Program-made: the position numbers and the translations under genes
Assembly: GCA_965208505.1 (NCBI GenBank)
Contig: OZ242339.1
Span: 1,819,162 to 1,883,161, forward strand
Direction of reading: 5' to 3'
DNA length: 64,000 nt
From: Acidimicrobiales bacterium
Lineage (GTDB): Bacteria > Actinomycetota > Acidimicrobiia > Acidimicrobiales > Bin134
In this document: positions 1-9,500 of the stretch, in pieces
Position numbering within the stretch: the stretch's first letter is position 1
How the letters are laid out: each line of letters starts with the position of its first letter
The notes under the pieces: generated by a model
What the model was told of the DNA's origin: nothing
Database searches by the model: none
What the model saw: only the letters and a program-made list of their open reading frames with translations

Positions 1-1587
1 GTCATCACTAGGATTTACCTGAGCGAATTCACCGCCGTTCGAGCATTTTGATGTAATCGCGTTGCCAATTGAGGTCTGAGCAGTCGTGTCAAGCGGGCAA
101 CTTGCGTTGATCCGCTCTGTGCTGGTGATCTCTGTTGTCTTGTCCGACTGGAACCATATGCACTTGCCCTGGGACCGGGTTGTTGAAACGACTACTGCTT
201 TGGTCTTGCAAACTAGACGTTCCGCCAATGCTGTATAGTTGCTAGAAGCCAACACTTTCTTCCAAACCCTAAACGTGTAAGACGAATCTGGAAGCAAATC
301 CATAAATTCAACTGAAGTCGTACCACCCTCAACAAATTTCCACTTGCCATTGGTTTTGTCTGGCTTGATATACGACGCAAACCATCGGTATACGTCCGCC
401 CCATCGGGATAACTCAAGGTGATAGACGAAGTAGTTGTCGCACCACATATAAGCGAACCAGAGGGGGTAGGAGTCGGGCTAGGCGTGGGGGTTATCACAG
501 GAGTTTCCCCTGTGCTGCAAGACGTATTCGGCCTCACAGGGAACCAGCTGCCACCAGACTCCTTCTGCCACCAGAACAGGAATGTGTACGATGTGCTAGA
601 TTCCAGATTGCTGAAAGTTGCTGTCAAAGTTGCCCCAGGCAAAGACATTCCATCCGCGTATGACCCGCCAGCAACTTGGCGCGCGATATACCATTGATGG
701 ACTTGGGAGTGAGCCACCCAATTTAAGGTCACCGAAGACGACGTAACAGTGCCACACGAGGGAGAGCTTGGACTCGCCAGAGCAGTCGAGCATTTGACCG
801 AACCGCTGCTGCTCCATCCAGAAGAATTGTGAGCCTGAACCTCAAAGCCGTATTCGGTCCCAGAAGAGAGTCCGGCAACTGTCGCGGCAGTGTTTATAGT
901 CGGTGTCCAACTGCCTCCTGTCAGCCTATATCGATAAGACATAGGATTCCCCGACGGTTTACTCCACATGAGTGTGACAGATGCCGGCGTTGCAGCAGAA
1001 CAAACCGGTGTTGGCGCTGACGGCGGCGGGGCATTGCACACTGACACATACCACCAGCCCATACCATCGTTGCCCGTAGACCGGAACGTACCACCATACG
1101 CGCAAGCAACTCCCAACGACGACTGAGGCGACACCGGCGCCGCCGGACAAGACCCACCCGACCGAACACGACGAGCGATCTCCTTGTGAGGAGCCTCTGT
1201 ATACCAAAGACACCACTGCTGCGGCGGGGCATTGCACACTGACACATACCACCAGCCCACACCATCGTTGCCCGTAGACCGGAACGTACCACCATACGCG
1301 CAAGCAACTCCCAACGACGACTGAGGCGACACCGGCGCCGCCGGACAAGACCCACCCGACCGAACACGACGAGCGATCTCCTTGTGAGGAGCCTCTGTAT
1401 ACCAAAGACACCACTGCTGCGACTGAGCATCTGCCACCGGACCAAACGCTGGAAGGCCCGGCTCGAACACCGATCTACTGGGACCGACGATCCCGATGGC
1501 ACCTGAAACTAATGCCACCGCGGTCAAAAGAACCAGAGCCCGCTTCGTATTCCAGCCCCAGACTGCCGCCAACCTGCTCACAGCCAT
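1..1587 (-). CDS. Secreted multi-domain protein, C-terminus cut by the window edge: signal anchor, two 66-aa Cys-containing tandem repeats, three fibronectin type III-like modules
   Basis: Absent from the supplied ORF track because there is no stop inside the window. My own minus-strand translation from ATG 1587 stays open to position 1. It reads MAVSRLAAVWGWNTKRALVLLTAVALVSGAIGIV (signal/TM). Then comes QQWCLWYTEAPHKEIARRVRSGGSCPAAPVSPQSSLGVACAYGGTFRSTGNDG(V/M)GWWYVSVCNAPP twice. Next is an FN3 signature, PASVTLMWSKPSGNPMSYRYRLTGGSWTP..VAGLSSGTEYGFEVQAHNSSGWS. Two further FN3-like modules follow (SSVTLNW..SYTFLFWWQ and SSITLSY..SYTFRVWKK). Confidence 0.8.
   Translation of the reverse strand, partial: MAVSRLAAVWGWNTKRALVLLTAVALVSGAIGIVGPSRSVFEPGLPAFGPVADAQSQQWCLWYTEAPHKEIARRVRSGGSCPAAPVSPQSSLGVACAYGGTFRSTGNDGVGWWYVSVCNAPPQQWCLWYTEAPHKEIARRVRSGGSCPAAPVSPQSSLGVACAYGGTFRSTGNDGMGWWYVSVCNAPPPSAPTPVCSAATPASVTLMWSKPSGNPMSYRYRLTGGSWTPTINTAATVAGLSSGTEYGFEVQAHNSSGWSSSGSVKCSTALASPSSPSCGTVTSSSVTLNWVAHSQVHQWYIARQVAGGSYADGMSLPGATLTATFSNLESSTSYTFLFWWQKESGGSWFPVRPNTSCSTGETPVITPTPSPTPTPSGSLICGATTTSSITLSYPDGADVYRWFASYIKPDKTNGKWKFVEGGTTSVEFMDLLPDSSYTFRVWKKVLASSNYTALAERLVCKTKAVVVSTTRSQGKCIWFQSDKTTEITSTERINASCPLDTTAQTSIGNAITSKCSNGGEFAQVNPSDD
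1023..1420. repeat. 198-bp in-frame tandem duplication (2.0 copies) inside the FN3 protein gene
   Basis: Copy 1 is 1023-1220 and copy 2 is 1221-1418. Block-by-block comparison by eye found one mismatch (t1062 vs c1260). The period of 198 equals 66 codons. Confidence 0.95.
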
Positions 1588-1694
1588 CAAGTATGACAAC
1601 GCAGCAGGGCCATTACGAGGACCCAACCACAAATTCCTGACAGACCCCGTTACAAGAACCCCCTTCAGGGCTTCCTTCGGCATTCTCAACTACA

Positions 1695-2918
1695 GTGGCC
1701 TTCAGTATGGAATGTTGCCGGATTGCAGGATCAACTCTGGTGATCGCCCTCGCCGCCAACGTTCTCGCGTTCGGGGGCGCTGCTCTGGCATTTGACGCGG
1801 ATTCGACCCAGCCGCCGATCTCTCTTGGAAGCGTGGTACAACGCGATCTTCTCGTCGCGGACCAAGAATCTCTCCTGAACGTTTACCGCTGCCAGTTCGA
1901 TATCGACACCCATATCGTACCCGGCGGCTGCACCGAAGAGTGGCCTTCACTGGGTCACACCGCACCCGCTGCATTTGAGGGCACCCCGACTTTGAAGGAT
2001 ATCGAGGTGCGCGATTTCCTCATCGCCGAGCAGGAGGCGCTGCTCAACACTTACCGCTGCATGCTCATGGTAGACACCAGCGTTTTCCCTGACAGATGCG
2101 TTGGCAGTCCCGACCAGGCTCAAACAGCAGAAACCTTCACTTCTGTCGCAACCGGAAGCGGGCACACATGCGCACTGCGAACCGACAAGACCATCGCCTG
2201 CTGGGGCGACAACTACTACGGGCAGTCCGACGCGCCAAGCGGAACTTTCACTGCCATCGCTACCGGCCATCAGAACACATGCGCACTGCGAACCGACAAG
2301 ACCATCGCCTGCTGGGGCGACAACAGAAACAGGAAGTCCGACCCTCCAATCGACAATTACGCTGCCATCGCTACCGGCCATCGGCACTCCTGTGCACTGC
2401 GAACCGACAAGACCAGCGTATGCTGGGGCCGCGCCACCCACATGTACGAAGAGCCGGCAAAGCACCCGGTTGCCGCCATCGCGGCAGGCTACAACAGTAC
2501 CTGCATTTTGCGTGTCGACAAAGCGATTGCCTGCTGGGGCTGGAATGACGGACTGGGCTTTGGGGAGGCCGATGAACCCTCCGGCCAGTTCACCGCTATC
2601 GCGCTCCGCGACTCTCATGCCTGCGCGCTGCGAACCGACCAAACCATCGCCTGCTGGGGCAGCAACTACCAAGGAAAAGCCAATCCACCCCAAGGCACAT
2701 ACACCGAAATTGCAACCGGGGCCTCCCACTCTTGCGCGCTGCGAACCGACCAAACCATCGCCTGCTGGGGCAGCAACAGATACAGGAAGTCCGACCCTCC
2801 AAGCGGAGCTTTCACTGCTGTCGCAACCGGGGCCTCCCACTCTTGCGCGCTGCGAACCGACCAAACCATCGCCTGCTGGGGCAGCAACAGATACGGGAAG
2901 TCCGACCCTCCAAGCTGA
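1695..2918 (+). CDS. Secreted RCC1-like (regulator of chromosome condensation) 7-blade beta-propeller repeat protein
   Basis: Signal peptide MECCRIAGSTLVIALAANVLAFGGAALA (ATG 1707 is the likely start; GTG 1695 is the track start). There are seven copies of the blade motif (H/N/S)(T/S/A)C(A/I)LR(T/V)D(K/Q)(T/A)(I/S)(A/V)CWG(D/S/R/W). The blades repeat at the DNA level with a 111-bp period (for example 2712 vs 2823). Confidence 0.85.
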   Translation: MAFSMECCRIAGSTLVIALAANVLAFGGAALAFDADSTQPPISLGSVVQRDLLVADQESLLNVYRCQFDIDTHIVPGGCTEEWPSLGHTAPAAFEGTPTLKDIEVRDFLIAEQEALLNTYRCMLMVDTSVFPDRCVGSPDQAQTAETFTSVATGSGHTCALRTDKTIACWGDNYYGQSDAPSGTFTAIATGHQNTCALRTDKTIACWGDNRNRKSDPPIDNYAAIATGHRHSCALRTDKTSVCWGRATHMYEEPAKHPVAAIAAGYNSTCILRVDKAIACWGWNDGLGFGEADEPSGQFTAIALRDSHACALRTDQTIACWGSNYQGKANPPQGTYTEIATGASHSCALRTDQTIACWGSNRYRKSDPPSGAFTAVATGASHSCALRTDQTIACWGSNRYGKSDPPS

Positions 2919-2994
2919 CTCTTCCGCGAGGTGTGAGTTTTCCCCTGATCGTGGAGAGCCTGTTTTGGATCGGTGGGGTAGGCGAGTTCGTATT

Positions 2995-4401
2995 CTATGG
3001 GCGGGACCATGCCGAGCACCGGGCGACGTGGGCTTTGACCGCCGATAAGTCGTTGGGCAGCCGCTGGCATCGCTCGGGCCGCTCGGCCAGCTCGGCTAGC
3101 GCCGGCGGCAGCGGCGGGCGGGCCCCGATGGCCGCTTCCACTGCTTCGCCGAACTTGGCCGGGTGAGCGGTGGCCAAGACCACAATGGCTCCGTCGGGGT
3201 CACGTCGGGAGCGGTGGGCGGCGGCCAGGCCCACCGCGGTGTGGGGGTCGATGATCATGCCGGTGTCCCGGTAGAGCTCGGCAATGCAGGCGGCGGTCTC
3301 GTCTTCGTCCACTCGGACTCCCGACCAGTTCCGGTCCAACTCTGCGGAGATGCGGGCGTTGATCCGCATCTCGCCGGTGGCCCGGAATTCCTCCAGCAGC
3401 TCGGCGGTGCGAATCCCATCCCGGTCGAGCAACTCGAACAGCAGCCGCTCAAGGTTGGACGACACCTGGATGTCCATGCTCGGCGACAGCGTCGGGTATA
3501 CCTCGGAGATGGCCATAGAGCCGGTGGTGAAGAACTGGGTCAGGATGTCGTTGCGGTTGCTGGCCACGATGAATCGGTCCACGGGCAGACCCATCTGACG
3601 GGCCACGTGGCCGGCCAGCACATTGCCGAAATTGCCGGTGGGCACCGAGAACGTCACCTGATCTAGGCCGTGCCGGGTGGCGGCGGCCACGTAGTACACG
3701 GTCTGGGCCATGACCCGGGCCCAGTTGATGGAGTTGACCGCCGACAGACGCTGACCGGCCCGGAAGGCAGCATCGGCGAACATGGCCTTCACCAAATCTT
3801 GGCAGTCGTCGAACGTCCCCTCAATGGCCACGTTGTGGACATTGGCGCTGTCCACTGTGGTCATCTGCCGACGCTGGACCTCCGAGACCCGGCCGTGGGG
3901 GTGCAAGATCACAATTTGAATGTTGTCCCGGTCGCGCACCGCCTCGATGGCCGCCGAGCCGGTATCGCCCGAGGTGGCCCCTACGATGGTCACCCGCTCG
4001 CCCCGACGGGCCAGCTCCTCGTCGAACAGGCGCCCCACCAGTTGGAGGGCGATGTCCTTGAAGGCCAGCGTCGGACCGTGGAACAGCTCCATGAGCCACA
4101 GCCCGTCGCCCAGCTCCACCATAGGCGCCACCTCGGGATGCTTGAACTCCGCGTAGGCATCCCGCACCAGCTCGTCGAACCGGGTTCGGGGATAGGCCCC
4201 GTCCACGAACGGCCACATCACCTCAGCGGCCAGATCGGAATAGTCACCCCGGCCGGGGCGCCCGCCCAGCGCTTCGGGGGAAAGCTCCGGCCACCGGTCG
4301 GGCACGTAGAGCCCTCCATCGGCGGCCAGGCCGGCCAGCAAGACGTCGCCGAAGTCCAAGACCGGGGCCCGGCCCCGGGTGCTGACGTACTTCACGCTCA
4401 C
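2995..4401 (-). CDS. thrC: Threonine synthase
   Basis: 468 aa. N-terminus MSVKYVSTRGRAPVLDFGDVLLAGLAADGGLYVP and FKDIALQ..SGDTGSAA are typical of ThrC. Sits directly downstream of hom. Confidence 0.95.
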   Translation of the reverse strand: MSVKYVSTRGRAPVLDFGDVLLAGLAADGGLYVPDRWPELSPEALGGRPGRGDYSDLAAEVMWPFVDGAYPRTRFDELVRDAYAEFKHPEVAPMVELGDGLWLMELFHGPTLAFKDIALQLVGRLFDEELARRGERVTIVGATSGDTGSAAIEAVRDRDNIQIVILHPHGRVSEVQRRQMTTVDSANVHNVAIEGTFDDCQDLVKAMFADAAFRAGQRLSAVNSINWARVMAQTVYYVAAATRHGLDQVTFSVPTGNFGNVLAGHVARQMGLPVDRFIVASNRNDILTQFFTTGSMAISEVYPTLSPSMDIQVSSNLERLLFELLDRDGIRTAELLEEFRATGEMRINARISAELDRNWSGVRVDEDETAACIAELYRDTGMIIDPHTAVGLAAAHRSRRDPDGAIVVLATAHPAKFGEAVEAAIGARPPLPPALAELAERPERCQRLPNDLSAVKAHVARCSAWSRP

Positions 4402-5744
4402 TGGCAGACGACCCGCAGCAACGCGGGTACGCCCCGCACCGCATCCAGATCGCGAAGGTCTCCCAGAGTGGCCTGCACGTCTCGCTCGGTTGCCTCATGG
4501 GTGATGAACACCAGCCGAGCCTGGTCGCCCAGGCCTTCCTGCTCCATGGAGCGGATGCTCACCCCATGGCGCCCGAAGACCCCGGCTACCGAGGCCAGAA
4601 CACCTGGACGGTCGAGCACCTCCATGTTGATGTAGTACTCCGACTCCAGGTCGTCGATGGAGCAGATCACCGCCTCCCCCATGTCGCCGATCGGGGTCCA
4701 AGTTCCCCGGCAGCGGTTGCCGGCCGCGTCGATGAGATCGCCCAACACTGCGCTGGCCGTTGGCCGCCCGCCTGCACCTCGGCCGTACAGCATCAGCTCT
4801 CCCACCGCATCGCCTTCCAAGAACACTGCGTTGAACGAATCCCGCACCGATGCCAGCGGATGGTCGACCGGCACCATTGCCGGGTGGACGCGTACGGCCA
4901 ACTCGGGTTTGCCCTCGACCTGGCCAACCTGCTCGGCAATGGCCAGAAGCTTGACCACATAGCCCAGCCTCTGGGCATGGGCGATGTCAGCGGTGCCGAT
5001 TCCGGAGATTCCCTCCCGGTACACGCTGCCAGCCAGAACCCGGGCACCGAAGGCCACCGTGGCCATGATGGAAGCCTTGGCTGCGGCGTCGAACCCCTCC
5101 ACGTCATCAGTCGGATCCCTTTCGGCAAAGCCCAGGGACTGCGCATCGGCCAGAGCGTCGTGATAGCTGGTGCCGTGATCGGTCATCTGGCTCAAGATGT
5201 AGTTGGTGGTTCCGTTGACGATGCCCATCACCCGGCGGACCGGTTCTGCGGCCAGAGATTCCCGCAGCGGGCGAATCAGGGGTATCCCTCCACCGACGGC
5301 AGCCTCGAACAGTAGGTCCACACCAGCGGCATCGGCCGCGCCGTACAGCTCGGCGCCATAGTTGGCCAGCAGTTCCTTGTTGCCCGTAACCACCGGTTTG
5401 CCCAGTTTCAGCGCGGCGGCCAACAGCTCTCGGGCCGGCTCGATGCCTCCGATCAACTCCACCACCACGTCCACATCGGGATCGTTGACCACTGAGGCGG
5501 CATCGGTGGTCAGAACCCCGTCGGCCAGCACCACGTCGCGATCGCGAGAGGCGCTGCGCACCGCCACCCGCACCAAGTCCAGGTCGATGCCGGTGCGCTC
5601 AGCGATCACCGATCGTTGCTCCTCTAGCAGTCCGACTAGCGCCGAGCCGACATTTCCACAGCCCAGAAGGCCCACGCCGATTCGCCTCTTGAAAGGGTCG
5701 CTCACCTTCTCCACCGTACCGGGTGTGGGTGGCCCAACCGGCAA
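4398..5744 (-). CDS. hom: Homoserine dehydrogenase
   Basis: 448 aa. NAD-binding GVGLLGCGNVGSALV, a central catalytic domain and a C-terminal ACT-like region. 4-nt overlap with the thrC start. Confidence 0.93.
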   Translation of the reverse strand: MPVGPPTPGTVEKVSDPFKRRIGVGLLGCGNVGSALVGLLEEQRSVIAERTGIDLDLVRVAVRSASRDRDVVLADGVLTTDAASVVNDPDVDVVVELIGGIEPARELLAAALKLGKPVVTGNKELLANYGAELYGAADAAGVDLLFEAAVGGGIPLIRPLRESLAAEPVRRVMGIVNGTTNYILSQMTDHGTSYHDALADAQSLGFAERDPTDDVEGFDAAAKASIMATVAFGARVLAGSVYREGISGIGTADIAHAQRLGYVVKLLAIAEQVGQVEGKPELAVRVHPAMVPVDHPLASVRDSFNAVFLEGDAVGELMLYGRGAGGRPTASAVLGDLIDAAGNRCRGTWTPIGDMGEAVICSIDDLESEYYINMEVLDRPGVLASVAGVFGRHGVSIRSMEQEGLGDQARLVFITHEATERDVQATLGDLRDLDAVRGVPALLRVVCQ

Positions 5745-5806
5745 GATTTCCTCTTTGTAAGAGTTTTCATTGCTTTTCCATATACATAGCCTATTTTAAG
5801 TAAGGC

Positions 5807-6169
5807 ATGTTGTCCTACGAACTGTTCTCATTGGCGGCTGACCTGCGCCAGCAGGCTGCGGAATGCCAGCGGGTTCGAGATGACGTCGACCGGGTCTGGT
5901 ACGGGTTGGACCAAGTGCTCGCCGGACTAGTAGCGAGACACGGGAACGCAGTTTGGATGTCGGCCGCCGCCGACGCCAGCCGCCTACTGCTCCGCCACCA
6001 GCACAATCACCTGATTCGGCTCCGCTTCGAGATTGAGCAAGTGGCCCGCCGCCTCCAAGCGCGTGCCGACGAGCTCTATGCCGATGCCAACCGGGTCGAG
6101 TTGGCCGCCGAGGCAGCCCGACAGGACGAAGCCCGAGAACTCGGCATGCAAATCAGCTATTTTCAATAA
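5807..6169 (+). CDS. Small all-helical protein, possible divergent WXG100-like partner or substrate
   Basis: 120 aa with a helix-turn-helix-hairpin-like composition. The central turn ..HGNAVWMSAAADA.. has WMS where WXG is expected. Lies immediately upstream of a bona fide WXG100 gene and is preceded by an AT-rich intergenic region. Confidence 0.55.
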   Translation: MLSYELFSLAADLRQQAAECQRVRDDVDRVWYGLDQVLAGLVARHGNAVWMSAAADASRLLLRHQHNHLIRLRFEIEQVARRLQARADELYADANRVELAAEAARQDEARELGMQISYFQ

Positions 6170-6252
6170 ATATTTTGATATTTCACTATAATTGGGCTAT
6201 CAAGATAGGCAACCTGATCCCTCGAGGGATCCGACGAGTGAAAGGCCCTGCC

Positions 6253-6522
6253 ATGTCTGTATTGACCATGAACACCGAGGAGATGGATCATCTCCAACAG
6301 CAATTCACCGCTTTTGCCGGCCAGGTGGAAGATCTCCGCACCCGCCTGACCGCAACCCTGGAGGGGACCACATGGACGGGCAGTCGCTCGGTGCGGTTCC
6401 GAGGCGCTTGGCATGAGCAGTGGTCGCCCTCCCTAGGGCAGTTGCAAGAAGCGCTCGTAGAACTGTCCACCGCGGTGGGCCTCGAGCGACAGAACACCAT
6501 CGCGGCCCTCGACTCGATCTGA
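6253..6522 (+). CDS. WXG100 (ESAT-6-like) family type VII secretion substrate
   Basis: 89 aa counted from ATG 6253, which has a GAAAGG Shine-Dalgarno 8 nt upstream. The track ORF starts earlier, at 6175. A central W-T-G motif (LEGTTWTGSRS) sits between two predicted helices. Adjacent to the EccC-like ATPase. Confidence 0.8.
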   Translation: MSVLTMNTEEMDHLQQQFTAFAGQVEDLRTRLTATLEGTTWTGSRSVRFRGAWHEQWSPSLGQLQEALVELSTAVGLERQNTIAALDSI

Positions 6523-6584
6523 CGGCCTTGGCCTGCCTCAATCTGGTTTGAACCGCCGTCAGGGTCGCTCCTTCCCGTTAGCCT

Positions 6585-9500
6585 GTGCGCCTTTTCTACG
6601 ACGGCCCCGAAGGTGCCCGGGAGGTGAGCATCATCGGCGGGTTGCCAGCCACCGTGGGAGACCTAGCCGAGATCTTGGATCTGCCCCCGCCCGCAGAAGG
6701 GCTTTGGGTCGGCGATCAATGGATGGCCCCCGAGCGCCGGATCGACGACGCAGGAGTGACCGACGGTGCCCGAGTGGGGGTGCGCCCCGGTCCGGAACCC
6801 GACAAACCGGGGTGGGCTCTAGAAGTAACAGGTGGGCTGTGTGCTGGTTACCGCTATCGGATTCCCGCGGAAGGACTGAGCCTTGGCCGCTCTCCCGATG
6901 CAGACGCAACCCTGACCGACGTCGGGCTCAGGCCGCACCACGCCCGAATTGAACGCCGGGACCAACTGATCCTCGCCCAGATCGGCGATAAAGAACCGAT
7001 TGCGGTCGACGTCTCCACGCCGATGCGGCTAGGAGGTGCATTGGTCCAGGTATCAGTCGCCCCCGATGACCGCCCGAACCGCTTGTTAGGGCGTACCGCT
7101 TCGGGGAAGATCGCATTCAATCGACCTCCCCGACCGGCGCTCTGCGAACCGCCTGAACCCCTTATCGCGCCGTCTGAGGGGCCGGAGAGATCGCCCCGAA
7201 CGGCGGCGTTCGGGTGGGCGGCGCTGGCCGGACCGCTGCTAGTCGGGCTGCTCATGGCCGTGCTTTACAGCCCCTACATGGCTTTATTCGCCTTGCTCAG
7301 TCCCTTGATGATGGGGGCAAACTGGTTCGACAATCGGCGGCGCGACCGCTCCGACCGCCGACGATCCCGCCGCAAAGTTCAAGCCTCATTGGTCAATTTC
7401 CAAATAGCGGCCGAGGCCGCCCACGCCGCCGAAATCCGCCGTCGCCGCGACCTGCATCCCCACCTGGCCGAGGCTGTCAGGCGTATCCGGCAACCCAGCG
7501 TTCGGCTCTGGGAGCGACGGCCTGCCCACGATGACTTCATGGCGCTGGTTGCTGCTCACGGCCCCCTGCCGTTCACCCCCAACATGGCCGTCGATGGACC
7601 GCAGCCCTCCGAAGCGGTCGCTGCCGCGATCGACCAGCTCGGGCCTCTGCCCGACTCCCCCATCGCCGTGGATCTGCGAGCAGGTCAGCTTCTGGGCTTA
7701 GTGGGTCCTCGCAGCGCGACCACGGCGATGGCCCGAGGTCTGCTCATCCAGGCGGCCTCCTTCCACGGCCCGGCCGACTTGGCAGTGCTGGTGGCCGCCG
7801 ACGAGGTCACCCAGCCGGCTTGGGCGTGGGCGTCCTGGCTCCCCCACACCGTCCACCCGTCCGTCGGCCGATCATGTCTGCTCTCCGATCACCGCTCCGC
7901 CGCGGCCGAGATCTCCGCCGAGTTGACCGACGCCTGGACCCAGAAGGGGGACGCCCACTGGCCCCAACTGCTGGTGGTGGTCGACGGGGAGAATCTGGCC
8001 ACCGGCCGGACACCGCCCCTTCGCCCTCTGCTCCAGGGACTGGCAGGGCCGGTCTGTGCCATCGTGTTGGCCTCCAGCGTCGACCAACTGCCCGCTTCCT
8101 CCACCGCGGTGATCGAGGCCCGCGATGCATCCGGCACCGTCAATCTGTCCCAATCGGGCCAGACTTTTCCCTCGGTGCTGGCCACCGGAATGGATCTGGG
8201 ATTGTCGCGGTCCGCCGCTCGCGGCTTGGCCCGCTACGAAGATCCCGAACAGCCCGGTGTCGATTCGGCCATTTCCGACCGGATGTCGCTGTTCGATCTT
8301 CTCGGGCTGCCCGCCCCCGAAGGCGACAACGCCTCGCAACAATTATCCGAAGCCGTTGCTGCTCGCTGGCGACAAGCCGGGCACGCCGACAGCCTGGCTG
8401 CTCCCATCGGGGTCGATGGCCACGGCCCGCTGTTGGCCGACTTGGCCGCCGACGGCCCCCACGCGCTGGTGGGAGGCACTACCGGGTCGGGCAAGAGCGA
8501 GTTGCTGCGTACGCTGGTGGCCGCTCTGGCCGCGACCTACTCCCCCGAACAGGTCAACTTTGTGCTGATCGACTACAAGGGCGGCAGCGCATTCGACGCC
8601 TGCGCTTCGTTGCCCCATGTGGTCGGGTTGGTCACTGATCTAGATGACCGGCTGGCCGAGCGGGCGCTTCGCTGCTTGGAGGCCGAGCTCCGCTACCGCG
8701 AGCACATGCTGCGAGATCGCGGAGCAACCGACCTGGCCCACTACCGGTCACTGGCCCAAACGTGGAGCGGACCGACCTGGCCTCCGTTGGCCCGGCTCGT
8801 GGTGATCATCGACGAATTTGCCGCCTTGGCCGCCGAACTGCCCGGCTTCATGGACTCGCTGGTCAACGTGGCCCAGCGGGGCCGCAGCCTGGGCATGCAC
8901 TTGGTGTTGGCCACCCAGCGCCCCGCGGGGGCAGTGAGCGCCAACATCCGCACCAACACTGCGCTGCGAATCGCCCTGCGAGTGCTCGACGCCGCCGATT
9001 CGGTCGACGTGCTCGACAGCCCAGAGGCCGCCACCATCGGCCGGCACCGGCCCGGCCGAGCGTACGCCCGATTCGGCCCTGGCGAGTTGGTTGAGTTCCA
9101 GTGCGCCCTGGTCACCGGGGTCACTGCCGCCCAGCGAGGTCCCAGGGTCGTCCCCGCCCCCGACGGCATTCCTGAATCCGAGCCGGAGGCCGCTACCGAC
9201 GATGAGAGCCCCGACGACCTGTCCCGGCTGGCCTTTGCGGTGAACACCGCTTGGGACTGCTGGGAAGGTGTCCCACCCCGCCAACCTTGGCCCGACCCCC
9301 TGCTGTCGAAGGTCTCGCTCGATGAGCTGACTGCTGACGGCGTATCGGCTGCCGGAGTGGCGCTTGCACTAGCCGACGACCCAAACCGGCAGTGCCAGTA
9401 TCCCCTTACGTGGGATCCGACCGAAGGCAATGCCTTGTTCGTGGGCATCCCGGGCAGCGGAACAACAACGGCATTGGGTTCGTTGGCCCTGGCCCTGGCC

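Noticed and set aside
3670-4635. 321-aa plus-strand ORF antisense to thrC/hom
   Set aside because: Gly/Pro/Arg/His-rich off-frame composition typical of high-G+C DNA. It is fully overlapped by two ORFs with unmistakable enzyme motifs.
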